A stretch of DNA of 42,673 bases from a virus. The stretch covers positions 1-42,673 of the IMG/VR virus record IMGVR_UViG_3300032157_000024, one strand, 5' to 3'. Every line of letters begins with the position of its first letter. Position 1 is the stretch's first letter. The notes beneath the pieces were generated by a model. The model saw only the letters and a list, made by a program, of their open reading frames with translations, did not search any database and was not told the origin of the DNA. Shown here piece after piece: positions 22,087-29,212 of the stretch. The position numbers were made by a program, and so were the translations under genes.

Positions 22087-22884
22087 ATGACTACCGCAAT
22101 CGTGCCGTTAGGGGAAATGGACCGCATGGCAGACGCCATCGCCAAGTCAGGCTTGTTCGGCATGAAAACCAAGGACCAGGCACTTGCGCTGATGATCGTC
22201 GCGCAGGCCGAGAATCGGCACCCCGGTTCCGTCGCTGCCGAGTACCATATCATTCAAGGCCGACCCGCGCTCAAGGCCGATGCGATGCTCGCCCGCTTTC
22301 AGCAGGCAGGTGGCGTCGTCGAGTGGGCTGACTACACCGACAAGAAGGTTTCCGGCCACTTCTCGCACTCGGTCAACTCGCCAAAGCCGGTCCTGATCGA
22401 ATGGACAATCGATCAGGCGGCGAAGGCCGGGCTTACGAACAAGGACACATGGAAGAACTACCCGCGCCAGATGCTCCGCGCTCGGGTAATCTCCGAAGGC
22501 GTGCGTACCGTCTACCCTGCGGTAGCGGTAGGGGTCTACACGCCCGAAGAAGTGGCAGACTTCGAGCCTGCTGGCGCACAGCGCGGCAGACCGCGCAAGG
22601 AAAGAGACATGGGCGACGCGGAAATCGTCGCTGACGAACGGGCCTCCGGCAGCACTCCTCCCCCGCCTCCTGCGGATATTCCCCCCGCTAAGGCCGCTGC
22701 CGGAGCGCCCTCTGATGGCAAGTCTCGTGCCGACATCCTGCGCGAGCTTTGCGTGCCTGCTCGCATGACGGTATCGGCAATCCTGCTCAAAGCTGGCGTT
22801 GCGACCGCAGACGAACTGAGCGCCGAGGACTTCGATGACGCCTGCGCCATGCTGCGGCGCAAGGCTGCGAAGGTGGTCGCGTGA
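22087..22884 (+). CDS. recT: RecT-family single-strand annealing recombinase
   Basis: 265 aa. ...IAKSGLFGMKTKDQALALMIVAQAENRHPGSVAAEYHIIQGRPALKADAMLARF...TWKNYPRQMLRARVISEGVRTVYPAVAVGVYTPEE matches the RecT core pattern. Confidence 0.75.
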   Translation: MTTAIVPLGEMDRMADAIAKSGLFGMKTKDQALALMIVAQAENRHPGSVAAEYHIIQGRPALKADAMLARFQQAGGVVEWADYTDKKVSGHFSHSVNSPKPVLIEWTIDQAAKAGLTNKDTWKNYPRQMLRARVISEGVRTVYPAVAVGVYTPEEVADFEPAGAQRGRPRKERDMGDAEIVADERASGSTPPPPPADIPPAKAAAGAPSDGKSRADILRELCVPARMTVSAILLKAGVATADELSAEDFDDACAMLRRKAAKVVA

Positions 22885-23090
22885 GTGGCAGCATAGTCAA
22901 CATAGATGCCGTGCGTAAGCTTTTCCCTGAGACTTGGACGCACGTTCACAATCTTGACTGGCTGCGCATCGGCTTCGGGCTGAAACTGCATGGCGTAGAG
23001 TGGAGATCATTGCCAGAAGCGTTGACAAGATGCGAACTCGCAGGGATCGTTCAGCGCGACGGATACACGATCCGTAGGAAACCATGCTAG
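22881..23090 (+). CDS. Hypothetical protein (69 aa, GTG start)
   Basis: GTGA coupling to recT. Confidence 0.45.
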   Translation: MSGSIVNIDAVRKLFPETWTHVHNLDWLRIGFGLKLHGVEWRSLPEALTRCELAGIVQRDGYTIRRKPC

Positions 23091-23239
23091 GCGGCATTTT
23101 GTGCTGGCTTCTGCGCAGGAATCGGTGGGGGCGCAAGACTTACCTTCCGTGCCACGGTGGAACGGTCAAACCGCACAAAATATGCGCCCGCTGCGGCAAG
23201 GTGCGCGAGGTCAGGCCGAGGAAAAGGAGCGCGACGTGA
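23084..23239 (+). CDS. Small zinc-ribbon-like ORF (51 aa)
   Basis: Hand translation MLGGILCWLLRRNRWGRKTYLPCHGGTVKPHKICARCGKVREVRPRKRSAT. It fills the gap between neighbouring genes with overlapping stop and start codons. Weak call. Confidence 0.3.
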   Translation: MLGGILCWLLRRNRWGRKTYLPCHGGTVKPHKICARCGKVREVRPRKRSAT

Positions 23240-23592
23240 CGCTGACGGTTTCTCTGCCAGGTGTTGGCGACTCCAAGGTCATCACGCTCGAATCGCGTGG
23301 TCGTCCGTACTTCAAGAGCGACGGATGCCGCCACCTTTCCATCATCGTGCGCCGCGAATTGACGACCGTTGAATGCCGCGATTGCGGCGAGAAAAACCTA
23401 AACCCGGTGGACTGGATTCACACGATGATCGAGGAATGGTATCGGGTCAAAGACCTCCATTTGCGGTACGAACAAGCACAAAAGAGATTCGACGCCAAGC
23501 AACGCTGCCGATGCGAACACTGCAACAAGATTACTAGAGTGCGACCAGCAACAGCCGCAGAAGTCCGCCAAATGGAGGCATCTAAGCCATGA
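23236..23592 (+). CDS. Cys-rich hypothetical protein (118 aa, GTG start)
   Basis: A strong AAGGAG lies 6-7 nt upstream of the GTG at 23236. The track ORF (23101..) extends upstream without an RBS. Contains CRDCGEK...CRCEHCNK. Confidence 0.55.
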   Translation: MTLTVSLPGVGDSKVITLESRGRPYFKSDGCRHLSIIVRRELTTVECRDCGEKNLNPVDWIHTMIEEWYRVKDLHLRYEQAQKRFDAKQRCRCEHCNKITRVRPATAAEVRQMEASKP

Positions 23593-23852
23593 CCGCCCTA
23601 CTGGACGAAATCCGCAGAGTTCGGGAACTTGCGGAGAAGGCGACGCCGTACAGCGGCGCGGAGCGCGAATTGCTCTACGAACGCGCCTGGCTCATGGACA
23701 AGTACGGAGCCGAGATTGAGGCGGCGGTGAGGGATGCGGAGCGGTATGGGTGGCTGCGTGACGCGCACGATTGCGACTGGAACAACCTTCTACGAGATGG
23801 CGGTGCTCAGATGGATCACAACATCGACGCAGCCATGAAGGCCCGGACATGA
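23589..23852 (+). CDS. Hypothetical protein (87 aa)
   Basis: ATGA coupling at both ends. Confidence 0.5.
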   Translation: MTALLDEIRRVRELAEKATPYSGAERELLYERAWLMDKYGAEIEAAVRDAERYGWLRDAHDCDWNNLLRDGGAQMDHNIDAAMKART

Positions 23853-24040
23853 AGCCTCTCACGGAAGATGAATGGAACATGCTCGACTACTTCTGGCAGG
23901 AGAAGGGCGACTTGACGCGCTGGTGCGGATGGGAGAAGTTCGTTGCCGAAAATCCGACGCATCCGATTGTAGAGGCGTGGGCAAGGAGAGTTTCAGCGGA
24001 AGAAACAGTCACCCTGATCCTGCGCGGGAGCAGGCCATGA
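23849..24040 (+). CDS. Hypothetical protein (63 aa)
   Basis: ATGA coupling at both ends. Confidence 0.5.
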   Translation: MKPLTEDEWNMLDYFWQEKGDLTRWCGWEKFVAENPTHPIVEAWARRVSAEETVTLILRGSRP

Positions 24041-24219
24041 AGCTCACAAACAAGCAGAGGGTGCTGCGGAGGTGGCCGAAGTCCGCTTTTTGCGCCGGAT
24101 GCTATGGAATTCATAAAGTGTGGAATCCGCTGCGATCTTCTAAGCTTATTGGCTACGGAACGACAGCGCATAGTGCCTGGGCCTCCGCCGCCCGCAACCT
24201 TACGAGGGCGATATTGTAG
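24037..24219 (+). CDS. Hypothetical protein (60 aa), last gene of early operon 2
   Basis: ATGA coupling upstream. Confidence 0.45.
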   Translation: MKLTNKQRVLRRWPKSAFCAGCYGIHKVWNPLRSSKLIGYGTTAHSAWASAARNLTRAIL

Positions 24220-24236
24220 TTGCCGTACCAAATTAA

Positions 24237-24425
24237 CTAACGCGATGGTGTGCTGCATAGCGCAGGACCGCCAGCATTGCCGCTATGCAGACATTTGGCG
24301 ACTTCACCAGTCCGGGTATCAAGTCTCCATACCATCTCAGTGCTAGGCATGGCGGCAATCTGATACCTGCCGTTGTCGCATCCTGTTAGTAGAACAATCC
24401 CTAGCCCAGCAAGTATCAATTTCAT
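24237..24425 (-). CDS. Small lipoprotein (62 aa)
   Basis: MKLILAGLGIVLLTGCDNG... is a signal peptide with lipobox LLTGC. RBS agagggagaacgaATG. Confidence 0.65.
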   Translation of the reverse strand: MKLILAGLGIVLLTGCDNGRYQIAAMPSTEMVWRLDTRTGEVAKCLHSGNAGGPALCSTPSR

Positions 24426-24708
24426 TCGTTCTCCCTCTGGATGAGCCCCTGTTTTCTACAGAGGTTTCTGCGGATACTGTAAACTTGTACATGTCCCCGG
24501 AATGCCTACCCCAACCTGTAGGGAAAACAGAAAGAGGGCCTCTATTGGGACGAAGGGCGCCCCAGGTATTCCTAAGTCTTTGGAAGTTCTGGATAAGGGA
24601 ACAACTGAAGGCAGTGTCGTCGTCACCCCACAGTTAGTGGCTTTATCTGCCATAAAAACAGGTGTACAAACTGTTTTCGATCAATAGCATGTAGCGATGA
24701 GTTCAGTA

Positions 24709-24737
24709 CAAAAAAGAAGACCGCCTGGAAGGCGGTC
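24709..24737 (-). terminator. Rho-independent terminator (minus strand)
   Basis: A 7-bp stem GACCGCC/GGCGGTC with a 5-nt loop, followed on the minus strand by TTCTTTTTTG. Confidence 0.5.
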
Positions 24738-24752
24738 CGTAGTCCAGCTTTA

Positions 24753-24844
24753 CCGGTGGTAGCTCAGTTAGGAGGCCGTCAGAAGCCCTAGAGAGCACCG
24801 GATTCGTAATCCGGAGGTCGGGGGTTCAAATCCCTCCCGCCGGG
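24753..24844 (+). tRNA. tRNA-Thr(CGU) with a ~19-nt insertion in the D-loop
   Basis: Acceptor stem CCGGTGG/CCGCCGG. Anticodon arm CCGGA-TTCGTAA-TCCGG (anticodon CGT). Variable loop AGGTC. T-arm GGGGG-TTCAAAT-CCCTC. The D-arm is GCTC...GAGC but with a 27-nt loop (agttaggaggccgtcagaagccctaga). Confidence 0.7.
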
Positions 24845-24853
24845 CCGTACTTC

Positions 24854-24891
24854 AGGCCGGGCCTGTTAACGCAGGCTCGGCCTTCTTTTTT
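24854..24891 (+). terminator. Rho-independent terminator after the tRNA
   Basis: Stem AGGCCGGGCCTG/CAGGCTCGGCCT followed by TCTTTTTT. Confidence 0.7.
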
Positions 24892-24982
24892 CCTCTGGGA
24901 CCGAGGATTAGACCCCTCGCTCCAGAGACGATCAATACCCGCTACCTATAGCGTTATTCGGTAACGCAACCACTACATATGG

Positions 24983-25021
24983 AGCCTAGTCTAGGCTGTG
25001 GCTAATTGTATGTCAATTAGC
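24983..25021. promoter_or_regulatory. Two palindromic operators upstream of the RHH gene
   Basis: AGCCTAG-t-CTAGGCT (24983-24997) and GCTAATTG-tatgt-CAATTAGC (25001-25021). Confidence 0.55.
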
Positions 25022-25037
25022 TACACTCTGCCCCCCT

Positions 25038-25247
25038 ATGGCTCGCCACACTCCCAAGAGCTACCGACTCCCCGGGCACCAGGTTCAGTTCATTCAGGAG
25101 CTGAAGGGCTTGGAGGTATTTGGGACCAAAGAAGCGGACATCGTGCGAAGCCTGATTCAATACGCCATGAACGAAATGAACAGGACGCACTACATCGAGA
25201 CCCACTTTAAGGGTCTGGAGATGCTGAAGAAGGGTCGGTCTGCGTAG
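25038..25247 (+). CDS. Small ribbon-helix-helix-like DNA-binding protein (69 aa)
   Basis: The N-terminus, MARHTPKSYRLPGHQVQFIQELKGLEVFGTKEADIVRSLIQYAMNEM, fits a beta-strand plus two-helix (CopG/Arc-like) pattern. No obvious RBS. Confidence 0.45.
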   Translation: MARHTPKSYRLPGHQVQFIQELKGLEVFGTKEADIVRSLIQYAMNEMNRTHYIETHFKGLEMLKKGRSA

Positions 25248-25324
25248 GTTCTAACGTGGCGGGTAGTGCTGGCCCACTGGCCGGTGGATACAACCAGCAC
25301 TACCCTGTCCCACGACTTGCAAGT

Positions 25325-26287
25325 TCAACGGAACAAGTCTTTTTGCACCCCGAAGGCCCGTTCGATCTTGGCTTCGTAGTCTTCCTGCGTATCCGAGACT
25401 TGAGCAATTCCCAGCGTCTGACCAAGCTGCATTCGCAGTGCCTTTGTCCCGACCTCGGAAAGAAATTGATGGATCTTCTTCTTTCCACCCTCAATGCTCG
25501 CGGCCCTATTGGCTTGGGCGAGCTCGTAGACCTTTCCGCTGCTTCTGGCGAGCGGGTGGTAGATGTGGTCAACCGTCAGGTGCTTGGCCTTCCAGGGACG
25601 CCCCTTGGCAGGTTTCTGAAGGTTGTAGAGGCGATACCACTCGGCATAGAGCTGAGGCGGAAACTCTTTCTCGTATTCACGCGCTTCTTCTCGCACGTAA
25701 TACTTGAACGCCTCAATCACTTCCTCGCGCGTCGGATCGTAACCAGCCAGCGCGTACACAAGTCCCTTGATGCCCGCCTTGGCCGACGCGGATTGAATGA
25801 TGTGTGCCTGCTTCACCGCCGAGGGATTCACCGCTTTACCCGCCGCTTCTGCGGTGACAATCGCCTTACACACATCAATCAGGATCGTTACGTCGTATCC
25901 GTGAATGGGCGTCGGCGGCTGCGATTTCACGCCCAGCGCCGGGAGTTGAAAAATCAGCGGGTTATCCAACTTTTGGCGCAATTCCACGCCCACGTAGGGA
26001 GCAATTCGCTTGCCGCTTACGAACGTCGGGAGACGACTGCCGCCAGTGCCAAGCCCAAGTGCCTCACCCATCCCGCGCTGGCTAATCACCGCGGTTTTTT
26101 GCTGGTCGTTCAGCACGTAGCAATCCACATCAATGCCGAACTCGTCCTTGAAGTTCCCTTTGTGGATCGCCTTTGCTCCCCATCTGGCAAGGGCGGCTTT
26201 CTGGGCAATTTCCTTCTTCTGGACGTCGGAAAGGGCTGCGGCCCTCGCCTCTCCCCCTGCACTACCCGTCGGCTTTTCGTCACTCAT
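25325..26287 (-). CDS. P63C-domain protein
   Basis: 320 aa from the ATG at 26287 (the track ORF extends further, antisense into the transposase). ...IHGYDVTILIDVCKAIV...SASAKAGIKGLVYALAGYDPTREEVIEAFKYYVREEAREYEKEFPPQLYAEWYRLY...VDHIYHPLA fits the P63C family pattern, from memory. Confidence 0.65.
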   Translation of the reverse strand: MSDEKPTGSAGGEARAAALSDVQKKEIAQKAALARWGAKAIHKGNFKDEFGIDVDCYVLNDQQKTAVISQRGMGEALGLGTGGSRLPTFVSGKRIAPYVGVELRQKLDNPLIFQLPALGVKSQPPTPIHGYDVTILIDVCKAIVTAEAAGKAVNPSAVKQAHIIQSASAKAGIKGLVYALAGYDPTREEVIEAFKYYVREEAREYEKEFPPQLYAEWYRLYNLQKPAKGRPWKAKHLTVDHIYHPLARSSGKVYELAQANRAASIEGGKKKIHQFLSEVGTKALRMQLGQTLGIAQVSDTQEDYEAKIERAFGVQKDLFR

Positions 26288-26288
26288 G

Positions 26289-26377
26289 TGCAAGCATCCT
26301 TTCCTAAAATAATGCTTGCATCCTACCCCCGTCCGGCGCACAATGCAAGCATCGATTCTGAGCCACATGCTTGCAGG
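26289..26377. promoter_or_regulatory. Array of four ATGC(A/T)(A/T)GCAT palindromic sites in a divergent intergenic region
   Basis: TGCAAGCATCC (26289), ATGCTTGCATCC (26312), ATGCAAGCATCG (26343) and ATGCTTGCAGG (26367), lying between the P63C start and the transposase start. Confidence 0.65.
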
Positions 26378-26386
26378 GAGCCTCAA

Positions 26387-27322
26387 ATGTCCATCCTCTC
26401 CGCCCCGTACTTCCACTCCGAAGCCGCTGCCTACGAGTTCGTAGAAGCGCGGCTCTGGCCCCAAGGCCCGATCTGCCCAAAGTGCGGGGTGATCGGCAAC
26501 AGTGTGAAGCTGGCCGGGAAGTCCACCCGCGTAGGCGTCCACAAGTGCCGCGACTGCCGCAAGCCGTTCCGTGTGACTGTCGGGACGATCTTCGAGGCCA
26601 GCCATATCAAGCTGAACGTCTGGCTCCAAGCCATCTTCCTCGTTGCCAGCAGCAAAAAGGGCATGAGTTCCAATCAGCTTCACCGGAGCCTTGGCATCAG
26701 CCTCAAGTCGGCGTGGTTCATGTCGCACCGGATTCGGGAAGCGATGCGGGAAGGTGGTCTGGTTCCGTTCGGCGTCGATGGTGGGGTAGTTGAGGCCGAT
26801 GAGACTTATATTGGCCACGACCACACCATCAAGCCCAAGGGCGAGAAACGGGGCCGTGGCTACCACCACAAGAACAAGGTGCTATCTCTGGTTGACCGCG
26901 AGACCGGGAAGGCCAGGAGCTATGTTGTGGACGATCTGCGGGTCAAAACCCTCATTCCCATCCTGAAGGCGAACCTTGCCCGCGAAGCCAATTTGATGAC
27001 CGACGACCACCCGATCTACAAGGGGATGCGCAAGTTCGTCGCCGGGCATGGCATCGTCAAGCACCAGATCGGCGAGTACGTCTCCAAGCGCAACCCCAAC
27101 ATGCACACCAACACCATTGAAGGCTTCTTCAGCATCTTCAAGCGGGGCATGAAGGGCGTCTACCAGCACTGCGCCCACAATCACCTGCACCGCTACCTTG
27201 CGGAGTTCGACTTCCGGTACAACAATCGCGTAGCGAATGGCATCAACGACGCGCAGCGTGCCGATCTGCTGCTTAAGGGCGTCGTCGGCAAGCGGTTAAC
27301 CTATCAAACGACTGCTCAATGA
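26387..27322 (+). CDS. IS1595-family (ISXO2-like) transposase, full length
   Basis: 311 aa. N-terminal zinc ribbon (CPKCG...CRDCRKPF), then a DDE domain (VEADETYIG...MTDDHPIYKG...HTNTIEGFFSIFKRGMKGVYQHCAHNHLHRYLAEFDFRYNNR). GGGAG RBS. I could not see flanking terminal inverted repeats. Confidence 0.85.
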   Translation: MSILSAPYFHSEAAAYEFVEARLWPQGPICPKCGVIGNSVKLAGKSTRVGVHKCRDCRKPFRVTVGTIFEASHIKLNVWLQAIFLVASSKKGMSSNQLHRSLGISLKSAWFMSHRIREAMREGGLVPFGVDGGVVEADETYIGHDHTIKPKGEKRGRGYHHKNKVLSLVDRETGKARSYVVDDLRVKTLIPILKANLAREANLMTDDHPIYKGMRKFVAGHGIVKHQIGEYVSKRNPNMHTNTIEGFFSIFKRGMKGVYQHCAHNHLHRYLAEFDFRYNNRVANGINDAQRADLLLKGVVGKRLTYQTTAQ

Positions 27323-27495
27323 GTACCCGCACCGGAAAAGGAAAAAAGCGAAAGCCAAAGGGCGGCCCGGACAACCCGGCGCAGTCCCGAAGGTTTATCG
27401 AGTCCGCGAGAAAGCTTGGGGTGGACGAAAGCGGAGAGGATTTCCAGAAGGCCATCGACAAGCTACTTCCGAAGCCGAAGCGTGGGAGCAGCTAG
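27319..27495 (+). CDS. Small basic protein (58 aa), ATGA-coupled to the transposase
   Basis: Hand translation MSTRTGKGKKRKPKGGPDNPAQSRRFIESARKLGVDESGEDFQKAIDKLLPKPKRGSS. Confidence 0.45.
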   Translation: MSTRTGKGKKRKPKGGPDNPAQSRRFIESARKLGVDESGEDFQKAIDKLLPKPKRGSS

Positions 27496-27499
27496 ACCT

Positions 27500-27715
27500 A
27501 TGGCAATCCGACTGAACGGCTGGCAGCGATTGTGGGTATTTCTATCAGTCCCATTCGTAATAGCTGGTCTGGTGGTGTTCTACGATGCAATCGTCAAATT
27601 GAGTTCGTCAGACCTTGGGGCCGCGTTCGGAATTGGCTTGGCATGGCCAGCGACCATGTATGCAATTGGCTGGGGTGTTGCTTGGGTTCGTCGCGGTTTC
27701 AAGAGCGATAAATGA
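27500..27715 (+). CDS. Small membrane protein (71 aa, two TM helices)
   Basis: MAIRLNGWQRLWVFLSVPFVIAGLVVFYDAI...AAFGIGLAWPATMYAIGWGVAWV. Confidence 0.5.
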   Translation: MAIRLNGWQRLWVFLSVPFVIAGLVVFYDAIVKLSSSDLGAAFGIGLAWPATMYAIGWGVAWVRRGFKSDK

Positions 27716-27791
27716 CTTGGTACGGCAACTACAATATCGCCATTTGTAAGTCTACGAGAGATATTCTTCGCGGCAAGATTAGGAGAGCAGC

Positions 27792-28136
27792 ATGACAAAT
27801 CATAGGGAAGAACAACGGGCCGGGGCTGAGGCACGCTTGCCGAACGCTACCGCTGATACTAGCGTAGGCGGAAAGGACGCCACCCTTCGCGGTGGAACGC
27901 AGACTGCGCAGTCTCCGGCCCACCAGAACACGGCGCCTCCGGGCGCGCAACAGGAAGCGGCGAGGTTGGTTCCTGACGGCTCACGGATTACGCATAGATG
28001 GGCGGGTGCCTACAGCGAGCGTTTGGAATATCTACTGGACGGTCGCCTCCTAACAATGGAAGAAGTCAAGGGGATGCTGCACTACGCCATCACCGCCAAA
28101 GAACGCATCCGCGCCGCGCTGGAGGGCAGGAAATGA
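27792..28136 (+). CDS. Hypothetical protein (114 aa)
   Basis: GGAGAG RBS. No recognisable motif. Confidence 0.5.
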   Translation: MTNHREEQRAGAEARLPNATADTSVGGKDATLRGGTQTAQSPAHQNTAPPGAQQEAARLVPDGSRITHRWAGAYSERLEYLLDGRLLTMEEVKGMLHYAITAKERIRAALEGRK

Positions 28137-28176
28137 CCCGCCTCACCACTCGCCCTCCAGAGTCTCCGCGCAAGTC

Positions 28177-28452
28177 ATGACAGCAGATAAGGTGCGCGTC
28201 AAGCTGAAGGCTGCGGCTGAACTCCTTGGCGGTCAGCGTGCGCTCGCTCGGAAAATTGGCGTCTCCGCTGCATTCCTGAATGACATTATTCTCGGCAAGC
28301 GCGAACCTTCAGGACGAGTGGTTACCTACTTGCACCTGACGAGAGAAGTGTCCTACGAGCCATGCACTTGTCACGGCAGGCGCGAGAGAGAATTGTGTCT
28401 GCGCAAAGATCGCTGCGCCGACGTTTGGGCGTTCGTGAAAGGAATGCAATGA
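28177..28452 (+). CDS. XRE/Cro-type helix-turn-helix protein (91 aa)
   Basis: LGGQRALARKIGVSAAFLNDIILGKREPS is a typical XRE-family HTH. Confidence 0.65.
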   Translation: MTADKVRVKLKAAAELLGGQRALARKIGVSAAFLNDIILGKREPSGRVVTYLHLTREVSYEPCTCHGRRERELCLRKDRCADVWAFVKGMQ

Positions 28453-28613
28453 GACACACCAGCCTCGTTCCGCCTGAGTCTCCGCGCAAAGCCGACCGCG
28501 AGCGCGAACGTCGCGAGTACCGCTGGCGGCGCGATGCGCCATTTTCCAGCCGCTGCGAGCGGTGCGCAAGGCTGCATCCGGGCGAACGGTGCGCGGATAG
28601 GGCGGGGCGATGA
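28449..28613 (+). CDS. Small Arg/Cys-rich protein (54 aa)
   Basis: ATGA coupling at both ends. Sequence: MRHTSLVPPESPRKADRERERREYRWRRDAPFSSRCERCARLHPGERC... Confidence 0.4.
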   Translation: MRHTSLVPPESPRKADRERERREYRWRRDAPFSSRCERCARLHPGERCADRAGR

Positions 28614-28795
28614 CCGCCGCAGAACTATACCCGCTCGCGGAACTCGCCTGGGCGCGCTACGGGCTATCAGCCGAGGCACGCGCTCAAGCGTGGGAGTCGT
28701 GCCTCGTCTACACAGACGAGGGCGGCGAGTACGTCTGCGGGCAGGCTGCGCGGTGCTACGCCTCGATTGCCGCGAGCCTGCGGCCTATGGAGTAG
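28610..28795 (+). CDS. Hypothetical protein (61 aa)
   Basis: ATGA coupling. The 3' end overlaps the convergent lipoprotein gene by 11 nt. Confidence 0.45.
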   Translation: MTAAELYPLAELAWARYGLSAEARAQAWESCLVYTDEGGEYVCGQAARCYASIAASLRPME

Positions 28796-29075
28796 CTGGC
28801 TTCGCAGGAGCGGTAGCGCCGTTCTGGAAGGTGGCCTTGCACTCGCCATCTACCAGCACCGATCCGTTGGCTACGACTCCCTTGTCCACGCTCATCGTCA
28901 CGGCCCTTTGCTTGCCCCAAGGCGTGCCGATCTCAACGCAGGTCACGATGGCATCCCTGACCTTGGACGCTTCCTTGATCTGCTCGGCGGTCATCTTGGC
29001 GAGGTCTGGACCGAATGGTCCGCCAGCGCAGGCTGAGAACAGGGGGATTACGGCAATTGCGGCAATGCGTTTCAT
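28785..29075 (-). CDS. Lipoprotein (96 aa), last gene of the lysis region
   Basis: Start at the internal ATG at 29075 with an AAGGA RBS. MKRIAAIAVIPLFSACAGG carries lipobox LFSAC. Confidence 0.6.
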   Translation of the reverse strand: MKRIAAIAVIPLFSACAGGPFGPDLAKMTAEQIKEASKVRDAIVTCVEIGTPWGKQRAVTMSVDKGVVANGSVLVDGECKATFQNGATAPAKPATP

Positions 29076-29101
29076 GTGATTCCTTTCATGGTGGTGGTGG
29101 C

Positions 29102-29212
29102 TTAGAAAACTCCGAATGCTACGATTACAAGCAGCGCGAGGGCTAGAACGATGGCCCACGCATAGCTGTCTGTATGCGGTCTGCGCGGCGGGAGCGTATC
29201 TTCCTCGTTCAT
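29102..29212 (-). CDS. Small membrane protein (36 aa), ATGA-coupled to the endolysin
   Basis: MNEEDTLPPRRPHTDSYAWAIVLALALLVIVAFGVF has one C-terminal TM helix. Confidence 0.4.
   Translation of the reverse strand: MNEEDTLPPRRPHTDSYAWAIVLALALLVIVAFGVF

Noticed and set aside
24456-24687. Two overlapping ~60-aa ORFs on opposite strands next to the tRNA
   Set aside because: They are mutually exclusive, have no RBS, and show no protein-like features. The region is treated as non-coding.
24753-24844. The tRNA as proof of a temperate lifestyle or an attP site
   Set aside because: No integrase, excisionase or CI-like repressor could be recognised anywhere in the genome. A phage-borne tRNA alone does not indicate integration. 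It is kept only as a question within the findings.
25256-26386. N-terminal 377 aa of the 688-aa track ORF that ends as the transposase
   Set aside because: This part is antisense to the P63C gene and runs through the operator region. The transposase homology, zinc ribbon and RBS all begin at 26387.
26288-26869. N-terminal extension of the 514-aa minus-strand ORF (P63C gene)
   Set aside because: The extension is antisense to the transposase coding region. P63C-like sequence and a plausible RBS start at the Met at 26287.
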